The position numbers and the translations under genes are program-made. A DNA stretch of 64,000 nt from a virus. Taxonomy: Duplodnaviria; Heunggongvirae; Uroviricota; Caudoviricetes. The stretch's first letter is position 1. Every line of letters starts with the position of its first letter. The DNA is taken from the IMG/VR virus record IMGVR_UViG_3300000571_000003, positions 21,812 through 85,811 of that record. One strand, given 5' to 3'. Positions 35,939-45,457 of the stretch are shown here, in pieces. Under the pieces are notes generated by a model. The model was given only the letters and a program-made list of their open reading frames with translations, did not search any database and was not told where the DNA came from.

Positions 35939-36205
35939 ATGAAAGAAGAAATACATAAAGATATTAAAATAGAACTTCTAAACCCCAAACAAGTTATGGA
36001 AGCATTTTTGGCAGGCGAACGGCTTATAAACTCCAAGTATTGCAATGGGTGGGATAATGATTTATCCAAAGAACCTGAACATTATTTATATTTAGATGAT
36101 GGTGGATATATTGCAGAAGAAGATGGAGCGACTGCAAAGGGAGATAGAATCCCAATCTCATTTAGAGGAAATGAAAGATGGTTTATAATTACCCCCCAGA
36201 GATAA
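35939..36205 (+). CDS. hypothetical protein bounded by 20-bp direct repeats (candidate inserted moron)
   Basis: 88-aa ORF whose stop codon lies inside the right repeat copy. Confidence 0.45.
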   Translation: MKEEIHKDIKIELLNPKQVMEAFLAGERLINSKYCNGWDNDLSKEPEHYLYLDDGGYIAEEDGATAKGDRIPISFRGNERWFIITPQR

Positions 36206-36210
36206 CATTA
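36191..36210 (+). repeat. 20-bp direct repeat ACCCCCCAGAGATAACATTA (right copy)
   Basis: Identical to 35899-35918. Confidence 0.8.
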
Positions 36211-36239
36211 CCCCCAACAGATTAAAATAACTTGGCTAT

Positions 36240-37080
36240 GATATACTATATATGTATGGCACGCTACGTGGGACTGTCTGTATTCCTCCAGGCTTCCAGA
36301 TGGTTTCTTTCTGCAATGAGAGACGTGCCACTCGTTCTTTCACATGGAGGGATAAATGGCTAAGCAAAGCCGTAAGCAAAGTGAGGCTGTTATGCTCTTT
36401 TTCACAGAGGCAGGCATCACGGAGGGCTTCTGGGTTGTATCATGGAATCACAAGTTTATCAGCTTCGGAAAGAAAGGAGGCACAAGTCTTCTCAGAGTGA
36501 GTGCTGACTGGGTATGGAGGTAGAAATGCACTACTGCACTATTTGTAATTCGATGCAAAATAACTGCATCAGTATAGGAGCCGTAGCTATATGTTTGTCT
36601 TGCTGTGAAAAAATAAGCAAGAAAGCAGATGACTATCTTCTCCTACACACAAAGACATGGCATCCACAGATTCACGAACACAGGAAACATATATCCCCGG
36701 ATGAAGCCTCTGACAAACAGCTATGAGCAACGAGACGAGAGATTCAATTCTGTTCACAGCATCCATTGTCATTCTCTGCATCGCTATAGGAGCGAGGATA
36801 CTTCTGAAAGGAGTACTATGAAAAAAATGAAATGCAGTAAATGTCCATTTAAGGGTAACGAGTTCCAGTTCGCTTGGCTCGACACTCGGAAGATGAACGA
36901 ACCAGTCTGCATACCATGCTTCTTGAAGCAGAAAGGAGTGCTATGAGAGTTGAGGTCTGTGCAAATTGCGGAGGTAAGGATATTACAGGAGGTAAGATCA
37001 TTAAAGATCAATCTTATTGTAGAATTTGTAGTCGTACAATTACGGCAACACTTTCAAAAGGTAACTCCTGAATAGAATAC
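36240..37080 (+). other. GC-enriched segment with several short overlapping Cys-rich ORFs in different frames; coding status unclear
   Basis: Track ORFs 36252..36500, 36514..36726, 36629..36946, 36874..37071 (+) and 36587..36781, 36784..37011 (-) overlap; base composition departs from AT-rich background. Confidence 0.3.
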
Positions 37081-37285
37081 GGGGGATTGCAACTGCCTTC
37101 CCCCTCTAAGTTCTAATATATGTGCTACATCAATGCTTTTAACTTCTCAGTTTTACTTATCATCATTCTTGTGTGGAGTATTATAATTTATTTGATAGTA
37201 AAAGGTTGACAATAGGTTTACGATGTGAGTACACCATATAATATGGTAATAGACATTATAAAATATATTAAGAGTTCAGAATAAT

Positions 37286-37528
37286 ATGAAGGCATGTACG
37301 CATATAAAATGTCCTGAAAGAATAGGAAAAAAATGTAATGAAAAAAATCCTAAGATTCCAAAAAAAGATTTAAGAGATGCTGCAATGTGTGCTAATTTCA
37401 TGCAGGGATTTAAGATTGAGATATGGGATTTATTTTTTAAGATACGTAATGATGGATTTAAGTTTATCGACGGTAATCTTCTTGATGATATAGCTATGCG
37501 TTTATATGATAAGTATATAAAGAAATAA
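37286..37528 (+). CDS. hypothetical protein
   Basis: 80-aa ORF. Confidence 0.45.
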   Translation: MKACTHIKCPERIGKKCNEKNPKIPKKDLRDAAMCANFMQGFKIEIWDLFFKIRNDGFKFIDGNLLDDIAMRLYDKYIKK

Positions 37529-37597
37529 TATATGCATGTGGTAAATGAATTACCAATAAGGATATTATAAATACCCTTCCTTTTCTTATAAATGCAC

Positions 37598-37626
37598 TTG
37601 ACAAAACGCTAAAAATGTGCTATACT
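37598..37626 (+). promoter_or_regulatory. sigma70-type promoter (family copy 5) upstream of recA
   Basis: cacTTGACAaaacgctaaaaatgtgcTATACTgta. Confidence 0.65.
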
Positions 37627-37749
37627 GTACAGTAGCGATATACCGTAAATAACCTTTATTAAACTTTTTTCATTGGAGAGTATGTCGCTATACAAAACCA
37701 GTGAAAAAAGTATAATAAGGGTTTTTTAAATAATAGATAATATAATAAT

Positions 37750-38781
37750 ATGAAGGAAAAGGAAAAATCAGAAGCAGAAGAAAAAGAACATGCAGTTGAA
37801 GATGCTATATTACAACTTCAAAAAAAATACGGTAAGGCTGCTGTATTACAGATGAATGAAGATGTACGATTTGAAGTTGAAGCAATCTCTACTGGATGTT
37901 TTTCTTTAGATGATGTTTTTGATTGTGGTGGAATGCCGAGAGGGAGGATAATTGAGCTCTTCGGGCCTGAGTCAGGGGGTAAAAGTACAATAGCAACATA
38001 TCTTATGGCAGAAGTTCAGAGACAGGGTGGTAGGGCAGCCCTTATAGATGCAGAACACGCTTTTGATCAAGAATACTCAAAGAGAATAGGTTTAGATGTA
38101 ACAAAGCTTATTGTATCTCAACCAGATACGCTTGAGGAAGCTATAGACGTGGTTAGCAAGCTTGTAGCAAGTCAAGGGGTAGATATTATAGTCGTTGATT
38201 CTGTTGCCGCAATGGTTCCTAAAGCAGAACTTGAGGGAGATGAAATGTTAAAAAGTACAATGGCTCTCCAGGCTCGTCTTATGGGTCAGGCATTAAGAAT
38301 ACTCACAGGATCTGTTTCAAAGAGTAATACTATTGTCATATTTATTAATCAATTAAGAGAAAAAATAGGTGTATTCTATGGTCAGAAAGAAGTAACACCG
38401 GGAGGTAAGGCATTAAAATTTTATGCTTCTGTAAGACTTGAAGTCAAGAAGGGGGATAAAATAGAAGGAAAAGATAAAGAACAGATAGGAAATGAATTAC
38501 GTATAACAGTGGTAAAGAATAAGGTTGGTTATCCATGGAAAAAAACTACATTGAATCTTTATTATGGATCAGGAATAGATCTTTATACAGATGTTATAGA
38601 CTATGGTGAGAAACTTAGGATAATAACAAAAACCGGTCATAGTTATTTATATGGAGATACAAAATTAGGAATTGGAAAAGACAATGCAAAGATATTTCTA
38701 AAAAATAATAATGATATATATGAAAAAATCAGAAACGAAATTAAAGGAAAAGAATCAAAAGAAAGAAAAAATAAGAAATAA
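37750..38781 (+). CDS. recA: RecA recombinase
   Basis: GRIIELFGPESGGKSTIATYLMAEVQRQGGRAALIDAEHAFDQEYSKRIGLDVTKLIVSQPDTLEEAI, IIVVDSVAAMVPKAELEGD, TIVIFINQLREKIGVFYG, GGKALKFYASVRLEV align block-for-block with bacterial RecA. Confidence 0.9.
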   Translation: MKEKEKSEAEEKEHAVEDAILQLQKKYGKAAVLQMNEDVRFEVEAISTGCFSLDDVFDCGGMPRGRIIELFGPESGGKSTIATYLMAEVQRQGGRAALIDAEHAFDQEYSKRIGLDVTKLIVSQPDTLEEAIDVVSKLVASQGVDIIVVDSVAAMVPKAELEGDEMLKSTMALQARLMGQALRILTGSVSKSNTIVIFINQLREKIGVFYGQKEVTPGGKALKFYASVRLEVKKGDKIEGKDKEQIGNELRITVVKNKVGYPWKKTTLNLYYGSGIDLYTDVIDYGEKLRIITKTGHSYLYGDTKLGIGKDNAKIFLKNNNDIYEKIRNEIKGKESKERKNKK

Positions 38782-39232
38782 ACCTAATAAAAAAATAACA
38801 GATATATATGATGCTGTAGTTAAGTCTACATGTGAAGATATAAAAAATAAAAAAGATGTAGAATGTCATGTTCTTTTGATTTCAAATAATAACAAGATAG
38901 TTGTTGCGCAATTAGGAGATTGTAATAACTTTAATGAAAGAAGCGATGTACTTTCATTATTGGCTAAAAACCTTATAAAAGAAAAGATATCGATTAATGC
39001 GGCAATATCAATATCAGAAGCATATATGACCTTAATTAATAAAGATGAAGTGAAAAAAGATAAAGATGAGGTTTTGTTCTTTACTGCAATTGATGAATTT
39101 GGTAATCAAATGGAGTCAGTATATAAGATTATTAGAGATAAAGATGATATAGATTTAGAAAATATTATGAATGATGATGGGCTAAAGCTGAAAAACAATC
39201 TTTTACAGTCATTTTGGGTATCTTATAAATAA
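38720..39232 (+). CDS. hypothetical protein
   Basis: Track ORF 38711..39232; overlaps recA 3' end in another frame so true start may be further downstream. Confidence 0.4.
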   Translation: MKKSETKLKEKNQKKEKIRNKPNKKITDIYDAVVKSTCEDIKNKKDVECHVLLISNNNKIVVAQLGDCNNFNERSDVLSLLAKNLIKEKISINAAISISEAYMTLINKDEVKKDKDEVLFFTAIDEFGNQMESVYKIIRDKDDIDLENIMNDDGLKLKNNLLQSFWVSYK

Positions 39233-39246
39233 ATAGTTATTAACAC

Positions 39247-39275
39247 TTGACAAGTATTAAAAAGTATGCTATACT
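39247..39275 (+). promoter_or_regulatory. sigma70-type promoter (family copy 6)
   Basis: cacTTGACAagtattaaaaagtatgcTATACTata. Confidence 0.65.
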
Positions 39276-39340
39276 ATATTCAAGATGATTAAAAAGGTCG
39301 ATTTAGAAAGTAAATTAAATATTATTAAATTAAAAAAAAT

Positions 39341-39982
39341 ATGAATATTTTTGAACAAGGACGAGAAATGAAAGCAGGATGGGCATCATTTAAGAACATT
39401 GGAGATGGCACACAAGGTACGTATGTAGGTAAAAAAGCAGCTATTGATAGCTATAATAACAAACAAACAGTCTATGAGCTTATGGATGAGTTTGGAAACA
39501 TCGTACTTGTTGGTATTAAGGACACTAATACTCCATTTCATGACCAGATGAAGCATGTGAGATTAGGGCAAATTATTGGTGTAAAATACGTAAAAGATAT
39601 TCCAGGAGACAGGGGGAATCCATTTAAACTACTTTCTGTATGGTCAGATCCTAAGATTGTAAATAAAGAGTGGTTAGAGTCATATTCTAACGTACAAACA
39701 GAGATGCCAGTACAACTACAACAGAATCAAGTCTTCTCAAGTCAACCATCTGCTGACGAAGGATCTGGCTCACATAAGAATAATATTTCACAGAATGTTG
39801 ATCCTTTATTTGGTGACGTTCCATTTATTACAGAAGAAGACAAAATTAAAAAGATCATTGAAATTGCAGGTACAAAATTTAATCTCACAGATGCTAATGA
39901 TATTAAAAACAAGGTGATGGAAGAGACAAAACTTGCATTTATCGTTTCAAATTTAGATGCAATTATAACTGCACTCATCTAA
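39341..39982 (+). CDS. hypothetical protein (first gene after promoter copy 6)
   Basis: 213-aa ORF; position in recombination module suggests a DNA-binding role but no motif recognised. Confidence 0.5.
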   Translation: MNIFEQGREMKAGWASFKNIGDGTQGTYVGKKAAIDSYNNKQTVYELMDEFGNIVLVGIKDTNTPFHDQMKHVRLGQIIGVKYVKDIPGDRGNPFKLLSVWSDPKIVNKEWLESYSNVQTEMPVQLQQNQVFSSQPSADEGSGSHKNNISQNVDPLFGDVPFITEEDKIKKIIEIAGTKFNLTDANDIKNKVMEETKLAFIVSNLDAIITALI

Positions 39983-39997
39983 ATAATATATAAACAT

Positions 39998-40261
39998 ATG
40001 AAGATTATATCACAAGAAGAACTTCTTAAATTTGAACTTAAGGTTAATCCACGTTCATTAAAGAAAACAAACTTATTGAGAGATGAATTAGATAAGATTG
40101 AAGTAGGACAAATATTATTTATTGGAAGTACTGAATGGGATATTAAGTCATCTCCATCATGTATGATTAATAGTTGGTATGTTAAAAATAAAACAGGAAA
40201 GGTATTCTCTCAGAGAACTCTTGTAGATGACAGTGGATGGATTATAACTAGATTAAAATAA
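39998..40261 (+). CDS. small protein, tandem paralog A
   Basis: MKIISQEELLKFELK...DELDKIEVGQILFI...SGWIITRLK. Confidence 0.5.
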   Translation: MKIISQEELLKFELKVNPRSLKKTNLLRDELDKIEVGQILFIGSTEWDIKSSPSCMINSWYVKNKTGKVFSQRTLVDDSGWIITRLK

Positions 40262-40272
40262 TATATAAATAT

Positions 40273-40539
40273 ATGAAGATTATATCACAAGAAGAACTGC
40301 AATGTTTAAGTCTAAAAACCATTGGAAATCTAAAACAAATCGGAAGAAATTTAGTGAAAGACGAGCTAGATAAAATGGATATTGGACAGACTCTTCTTAT
40401 TGAAAAAGAAGATTGGACACGAAAATCTCCACCTCCGTCATGTATTAATGGGTGGTATACAAATCATGGTAATAAAAAACTATTTTCTTCACGAACACTT
40501 AAGGATGAATCTGGATGGGTCATTAGGAGAATTAGATAA
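40273..40539 (+). CDS. small protein, tandem paralog B
   Basis: MKIISQEELQCLSLK...DELDKMDIGQTLLI...SGWVIRRIR; upstream 40 nt also duplicated. Confidence 0.5.
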   Translation: MKIISQEELQCLSLKTIGNLKQIGRNLVKDELDKMDIGQTLLIEKEDWTRKSPPPSCINGWYTNHGNKKLFSSRTLKDESGWVIRRIR

Positions 40540-40545
40540 AATAAT

Positions 40546-40770
40546 ATGAAAAATCTTTGTGGAAAAATGAGACCAAAAGATGATCCATATGAGATATGGG
40601 AAAATGAGTCTATTGGTTGGGTGTGGAAGGTTTTAAAGAAGTGGCAATCCAACGATTATGCTCAAAATGCAAGATGGTTCTGTCTTGTAGAAACACCAAT
40701 AGTTCCTCAAGGAGAACTTGGGGATTGCTACGTTTCAGATATAATAAAAAATTCTGAAAGGATAAAATAA
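40546..40770 (+). CDS. hypothetical protein
   Basis: 74-aa ORF. Confidence 0.4.
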   Translation: MKNLCGKMRPKDDPYEIWENESIGWVWKVLKKWQSNDYAQNARWFCLVETPIVPQGELGDCYVSDIIKNSERIK

Positions 40771-40771
40771 T

Positions 40772-41788
40772 ATGGGTAAAATATTATGCATCGGTGATCT
40801 GCACTTTAGAGAATCTCTCGGATATTCATCATATATAGAAGATGGACGTGAAGGAGAGAAGAAAGAAATACTAGACTTCATTGTAAGTGAGGTAAAAGAT
40901 TGTGAGAAGGTTGTCATGCTTGGTGACCAACTAAATGCACGGAACAATACATCAGAGGTTATAAGGGCTTTCGTAGAGTTTATTGAGAGGTTTAAAGATA
41001 AAGAACTCTATATCCTTGGTGGAAATCATGAAAAAAGAGGCAACGGTAAAAGCGCCATAGACTTTCTTGAAGAAATTAAACGACCAAATCTACATGTCAT
41101 TATCAGAGAGATTAAAAAAATTGGTAAGATGGTATTTTGCCCGTACTTTACGAAAACAGAACTGGATGCAAAAGATACAGACGAAGGACTTAGGAAGGTA
41201 TTGGAACAAATGCCTGAAGGAGAGATGTTATTCTGCCACCATGCGATATCAGATACTCTTGTCCAATCTGGCATCTCAACAAACATCTTTGATGAAATCG
41301 TCTTACCGAAAGAAGAACTCGAAAAAAGGTTCAGGTTAGTGGTAGGTGGTCATATCCATAAACCAGATGCTTATGATCGTACAATCGTAACGGGGAGCAT
41401 CTTTAATAATGAGGTTGGAGAAGATGGTAAATGTATCTGGAAAATAAACGAAGAAACGCTCGTATATGAATGCATTAAACTCCCTGGTAGAAAAATAATG
41501 AAAATAGAGAATCCTACAAAAGAATATCTTGAAACGATAGACGGAAAAGGAACTATAGTAAAGATTATTCTGACCGATAAAAAAATAGATATAGCAGATA
41601 TTAAGAAAACAGGTAAAAGGTTTGATGCATGTATTATAAGTGAACAATATAATACAGAAAGAAAGAAGAATAAAGAATATGAATTACTTGATTTCAGTAT
41701 AGAAAATCTACTGATTGCATATTCAAAAGAAAAAAAGGTCGATATAAAGAAACTTACGGAAGGTTTTAATCTTATAAAGAATATATGA
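40772..41788 (+). CDS. sbcD: SbcD/Mre11-family calcineurin-like phosphoesterase nuclease
   Basis: GDLHF, MLGDQLN, LGGNHE, GGHIHKP metallophosphatase motifs. Confidence 0.75.
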   Translation: MGKILCIGDLHFRESLGYSSYIEDGREGEKKEILDFIVSEVKDCEKVVMLGDQLNARNNTSEVIRAFVEFIERFKDKELYILGGNHEKRGNGKSAIDFLEEIKRPNLHVIIREIKKIGKMVFCPYFTKTELDAKDTDEGLRKVLEQMPEGEMLFCHHAISDTLVQSGISTNIFDEIVLPKEELEKRFRLVVGGHIHKPDAYDRTIVTGSIFNNEVGEDGKCIWKINEETLVYECIKLPGRKIMKIENPTKEYLETIDGKGTIVKIILTDKKIDIADIKKTGKRFDACIISEQYNTERKKNKEYELLDFSIENLLIAYSKEKKVDIKKLTEGFNLIKNI

Positions 41789-42111
41789 CAACAGATGTAT
41801 TTAGAAGATTGAAAGAAAAATCCAAAAGCCCTAAAGAGCTCAGAGATGAAGTAGCAAAAGATATAGATAGCATAATGAACAATGATGAGAGTTTTTTTGA
41901 TGCATTACTCCAATTTGGAGAGGCATTAAGATTTACTCTTCATAAGGGAAAAGAACAGACGGAAGACGAGATGAGAGAGGCACAGTTCGTATATATTAAT
42001 ATGGTATATACAATGCTCAAGGCATTTGATGCGTCTGGTTTTGTTAAGATTATTCCAAAGGTTGATAGGATTGTGGATAATGCCATAGAAGATTATAAAA
42101 GAAGTTTATGA
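41785..42111 (+). CDS. hypothetical protein
   Basis: 108-aa ORF. Confidence 0.45.
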   Translation: MTTDVFRRLKEKSKSPKELRDEVAKDIDSIMNNDESFFDALLQFGEALRFTLHKGKEQTEDEMREAQFVYINMVYTMLKAFDASGFVKIIPKVDRIVDNAIEDYKRSL

Positions 42112-42635
42112 AAACAGTTGGGCTCGATCTATCATTGGTTGCGACAGGGTGTGTAGTCCTTGAAGACGGCAAGATACACACAAAACTATTAATAAAAACA
42201 AAACCTGATGTAAATAAAACACACCTTAACGAGCTTAAGAGACTCATACAGATTCTAGAAAAGATTGAGGAAGTTATCAGTGAGGATGAAATAACTCTTG
42301 TTGCAATTGAAGGACTGGCGTTCATGGCGAGAAATACAACATCACTGGTTCAATTATCTGGACTTAATTACTTGGTGAGAAAACTTCTTTATGATTACAA
42401 TATACCGTTCGTGATTGTTGTACCGACAAGTTTGAAACGTTTTGCAACAGGTAAAGGAAATAGTCCAAAGGATAATGTAATGATGAGCGTATATAAAAAA
42501 TATGGAGTCACGTTAACAGATAATAATTTATGTGATGCCTATGTACTCAGTCGTATAGCAGAGGCAATGAAAAAAGAAATGAAACTTACAGTCCCACAGA
42601 AAGAGGTAATAGCTTTATTAAATAAGAATAAATAA
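42108..42635 (+). CDS. ruvC: RuvC-like Holliday junction resolvase
   Basis: MKTVGLDLSLVATG (Asp7), VAIEGLAF (Glu), NIPFVIVVPTSLKRF, LCDAYVLSRIA (terminal Asp). Confidence 0.6.
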   Translation: MKTVGLDLSLVATGCVVLEDGKIHTKLLIKTKPDVNKTHLNELKRLIQILEKIEEVISEDEITLVAIEGLAFMARNTTSLVQLSGLNYLVRKLLYDYNIPFVIVVPTSLKRFATGKGNSPKDNVMMSVYKKYGVTLTDNNLCDAYVLSRIAEAMKKEMKLTVPQKEVIALLNKNK

Positions 42636-42636
42636 T

Positions 42637-42834
42637 ATGAAATCACAAAAAATAGAACAAGTCACAAAAGAACAGATTCAAATTATACTAGGAGCACTAT
42701 TTCTTCTTCTTTCTGGAAACATGAAAGATATTAGTGGTGGAATTTTAAAGGATGTCAATAAACAGATCATGTTTAGAAACACACAAACTGAAATTATCAA
42801 TGATAATAAAAAATCAAAGAAATCTAAAAAATAA
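42637..42834 (+). CDS. hypothetical protein
   Basis: 65-aa ORF. Confidence 0.4.
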   Translation: MKSQKIEQVTKEQIQIILGALFLLLSGNMKDISGGILKDVNKQIMFRNTQTEIINDNKKSKKSKK

Positions 42835-42839
42835 ACAAT

Positions 42840-43115
42840 ATGGAAAATGATAATATAATAAAATCTATTATTCCATATATATGTCCACATTGTACTAAGG
42901 ATTTCTTTATTGAACTTCAGACCATTCCTACTATGGTAAGTGGGATATTGACGCAAAACGACATTAAGGAAGCGAAAGAACTTGTATTGAAAAAAATTGC
43001 TGATCTTAATATGAGCTTTGAAGAAACAGAAGAATCAATAAAATGGGTCAGAAATGAAGAAACCATTTTCGGTCCGGCTGATGTTGATGGGATTATAGAT
43101 AATATTAGAAAATAA
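42840..43115 (+). CDS. hypothetical protein
   Basis: 91-aa ORF, CPHC pair. Confidence 0.4.
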   Translation: MENDNIIKSIIPYICPHCTKDFFIELQTIPTMVSGILTQNDIKEAKELVLKKIADLNMSFEETEESIKWVRNEETIFGPADVDGIIDNIRK

Positions 43116-43116
43116 T

Positions 43117-43377
43117 ATGAAATCAAAAATTAATATTCTGGAACGGTTTAAAATTGAAGATGATCGTGTCTTTTGTAAGATGTGTGGTGCTGAAATTGAA
43201 AAAAATTATGGAAGAATAAAAATATGTACAACTGATACATCACATTGTTATAAGGCAAGTAAACGACCGTTCAGGAATAACTATAGTCTATTGTGTTGTC
43301 CATCATGCTTTAAGCATATGGTAGAAAGTATCAATAATGCGATTATGAATAATTATGATAACTCTAAAAAATCTTAA
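43117..43377 (+). CDS. small zinc-ribbon protein
   Basis: CKMCGAE ... CCPSC. Confidence 0.4.
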   Translation: MKSKINILERFKIEDDRVFCKMCGAEIEKNYGRIKICTTDTSHCYKASKRPFRNNYSLLCCPSCFKHMVESINNAIMNNYDNSKKS

Positions 43378-45457
43378 AATTGAAAATTTCCTTTCTCATG
43401 AAAGTAGTGAGTTGTCTTTTAGAGAAGATGAAAAGCTACTTATAGGGGGGCGGTCTGGAACGGGAAAATCGACGATATGTGAGGCAATACTTTTCGCTCT
43501 TTATGGTAAGGGGAGAGTGGATAACCGGAATATCATTAGAAAAGGAGCCAAAAACGCCTCTGTAGAGCTCACATTGAAGGAAGATGACCTTTGCTACAAA
43601 ATAGAGAGAAAGACCTCTGAAAAAGGCAAACAGACCCTGAATATGGTGCTCCTCAACGATGATTTAAGTGAAGAAGTTATCAAGGTAGAGGGTTTAAAGG
43701 AAAAACAAGACTGGATTGAGAAAACACTCATAAAATCGTCATATACTCTCTTCACGAACTCTATTCTGTATCTTCAAGATAATGTTGATACGTTTGTAAA
43801 ACAGACAGCCTCAAAACGCAAAGATCTTCTTCTTGAGATTGCCAATATTGAAGACTATGAAATGTATTACAATAGAGCAAAAGAAGAACTGAAATTGGCA
43901 ACAGAAGAACGTGTTAGGATTGAAACATTAACCAATGAGAAAAAAAGAATAATAGATTTTAATATAAATCCATTGAACACCATTGAGGATCTTGAGAAAA
44001 AAGAAACAGATATAAAAGATTCCATTAAGACATTGAACCTTCAATTAGAAAATGCAAGAGCTAACAGTGAGAAACAAAAAGAAACACAGAGAGATATTGT
44101 AATATTAGAATCAACATTATCTAATTTAAAGAGACAAGAAGAATCATATTTTTCTAATATCAAAATAAAAGAATCAAGCATAGAATTTCTTAAGAAGGTT
44201 GATGTAAATGCAATACAAGAAGGTCTGAAAAAACTCAAGGATTCAAAAGAAAAACTTCTTATAGTAGAAAAGAAGGAGAAGGAAGATATAGAGCATAATG
44301 ACAAAATACGTTATCTCATTGCACAGAAGCCATCAGAATATGATTATGAGGTAGATATAACATCATTGAATAAACAGCTTATTTCTATAATGACAAGTAA
44401 GGATAATTACTGTGAATATTTAAAAAGTAATTGTCCGAAACTTCAAGAACGATCGAAGGGTCAGATATCATATATTGAAGATCAGATAAAAGATAAGCAA
44501 GAGAAATTTACATTTCAGATTGCAGCAACAGAAGCGTATATTGCAAGACTGAATGCCCTTGGATTACAGAGAGTCATAGATAATGGAGCGCAGATTCTCA
44601 GAGAAGAAATAAAAATCCTTGAACATTGGGAAAGGGATAGTATACAGAACTCTTACGCTGAAGAAAAAGTAAAAGATTTTATAAAAGAGATAGAAGAAAT
44701 AAAAGAAAAAATAAAAGAAATAAAAAATAATCTAACAGATAGAAATATTGAGATATTAATTTTGAAAAAAGCTCTTGCAGAGAATAACGTTGACTGGGTT
44801 AAGGTTGAACAGACAACTAATAATCTACTGATAGGAAAACAGTCATCACTTATGACTGTCACACAGGAACTCACACTCGCAAGATATGCAAAGAAAATTG
44901 TTGAAGATACTGAAAAGGAACTTATACTATTAAAAGAAAAGCTTTCTGATATCTTAAACAAAATAGATCTTCTTGAAATAGTAAAAGAAGCATTCAGTTC
45001 TAAAGGTATAAAGACATTGGTAATAGATCATATCGTACCGCTTCTTGAGACAAAGATTAATGAGATCCTCAGTCAACTGTCTGATTTTCGTATACGTCTT
45101 GATACACAGAGGCAGAGTGCTGATGGAGAGAGTATGGTAGAAGGTTTATTTATTAATATTAATAACGACATTGGTGAGGAGCATGATTTCGACGCATTCT
45201 CTGGTGGGGAGCGTGTTAAGATAACGGTAGCTATATCAGAGGCACTGGCATCATTACAGAAGTGTAGTTTTAGAGTGTTAGACGAGGCGATCCAGGCGCT
45301 TGACGAAGAATCTACAGAATCATTTATTGATGTATTGAACCAACTAAAAGATAGGTTTAAACAAATAATTTGCATTAGTCATATTCAACAAGTTAAAGAC
45401 ACGTTCGACGATAGTATTGAGGTAATAAAAGAAAATGGTATAAGTAGAATTATATGA
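43355..45457 (+). CDS. sbcC: SbcC/Rad50-family SMC-like ATPase
   Basis: N-terminal Walker A GGRSGTGKST, long coiled-coil middle, C-terminal signature FSGGERVKITVAISEAL and Walker B FRVLDEA. Confidence 0.8.
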   Translation: MITLKNLKIENFLSHESSELSFREDEKLLIGGRSGTGKSTICEAILFALYGKGRVDNRNIIRKGAKNASVELTLKEDDLCYKIERKTSEKGKQTLNMVLLNDDLSEEVIKVEGLKEKQDWIEKTLIKSSYTLFTNSILYLQDNVDTFVKQTASKRKDLLLEIANIEDYEMYYNRAKEELKLATEERVRIETLTNEKKRIIDFNINPLNTIEDLEKKETDIKDSIKTLNLQLENARANSEKQKETQRDIVILESTLSNLKRQEESYFSNIKIKESSIEFLKKVDVNAIQEGLKKLKDSKEKLLIVEKKEKEDIEHNDKIRYLIAQKPSEYDYEVDITSLNKQLISIMTSKDNYCEYLKSNCPKLQERSKGQISYIEDQIKDKQEKFTFQIAATEAYIARLNALGLQRVIDNGAQILREEIKILEHWERDSIQNSYAEEKVKDFIKEIEEIKEKIKEIKNNLTDRNIEILILKKALAENNVDWVKVEQTTNNLLIGKQSSLMTVTQELTLARYAKKIVEDTEKELILLKEKLSDILNKIDLLEIVKEAFSSKGIKTLVIDHIVPLLETKINEILSQLSDFRIRLDTQRQSADGESMVEGLFININNDIGEEHDFDAFSGGERVKITVAISEALASLQKCSFRVLDEAIQALDEESTESFIDVLNQLKDRFKQIICISHIQQVKDTFDDSIEVIKENGISRII

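Noticed and set aside
37205-37250. TTGACA near 37205 as a promoter
   Set aside because: The nearest TATAAT is ~25 nt downstream, an incompatible spacer. The real promoter for this region is the family copy at 37598.
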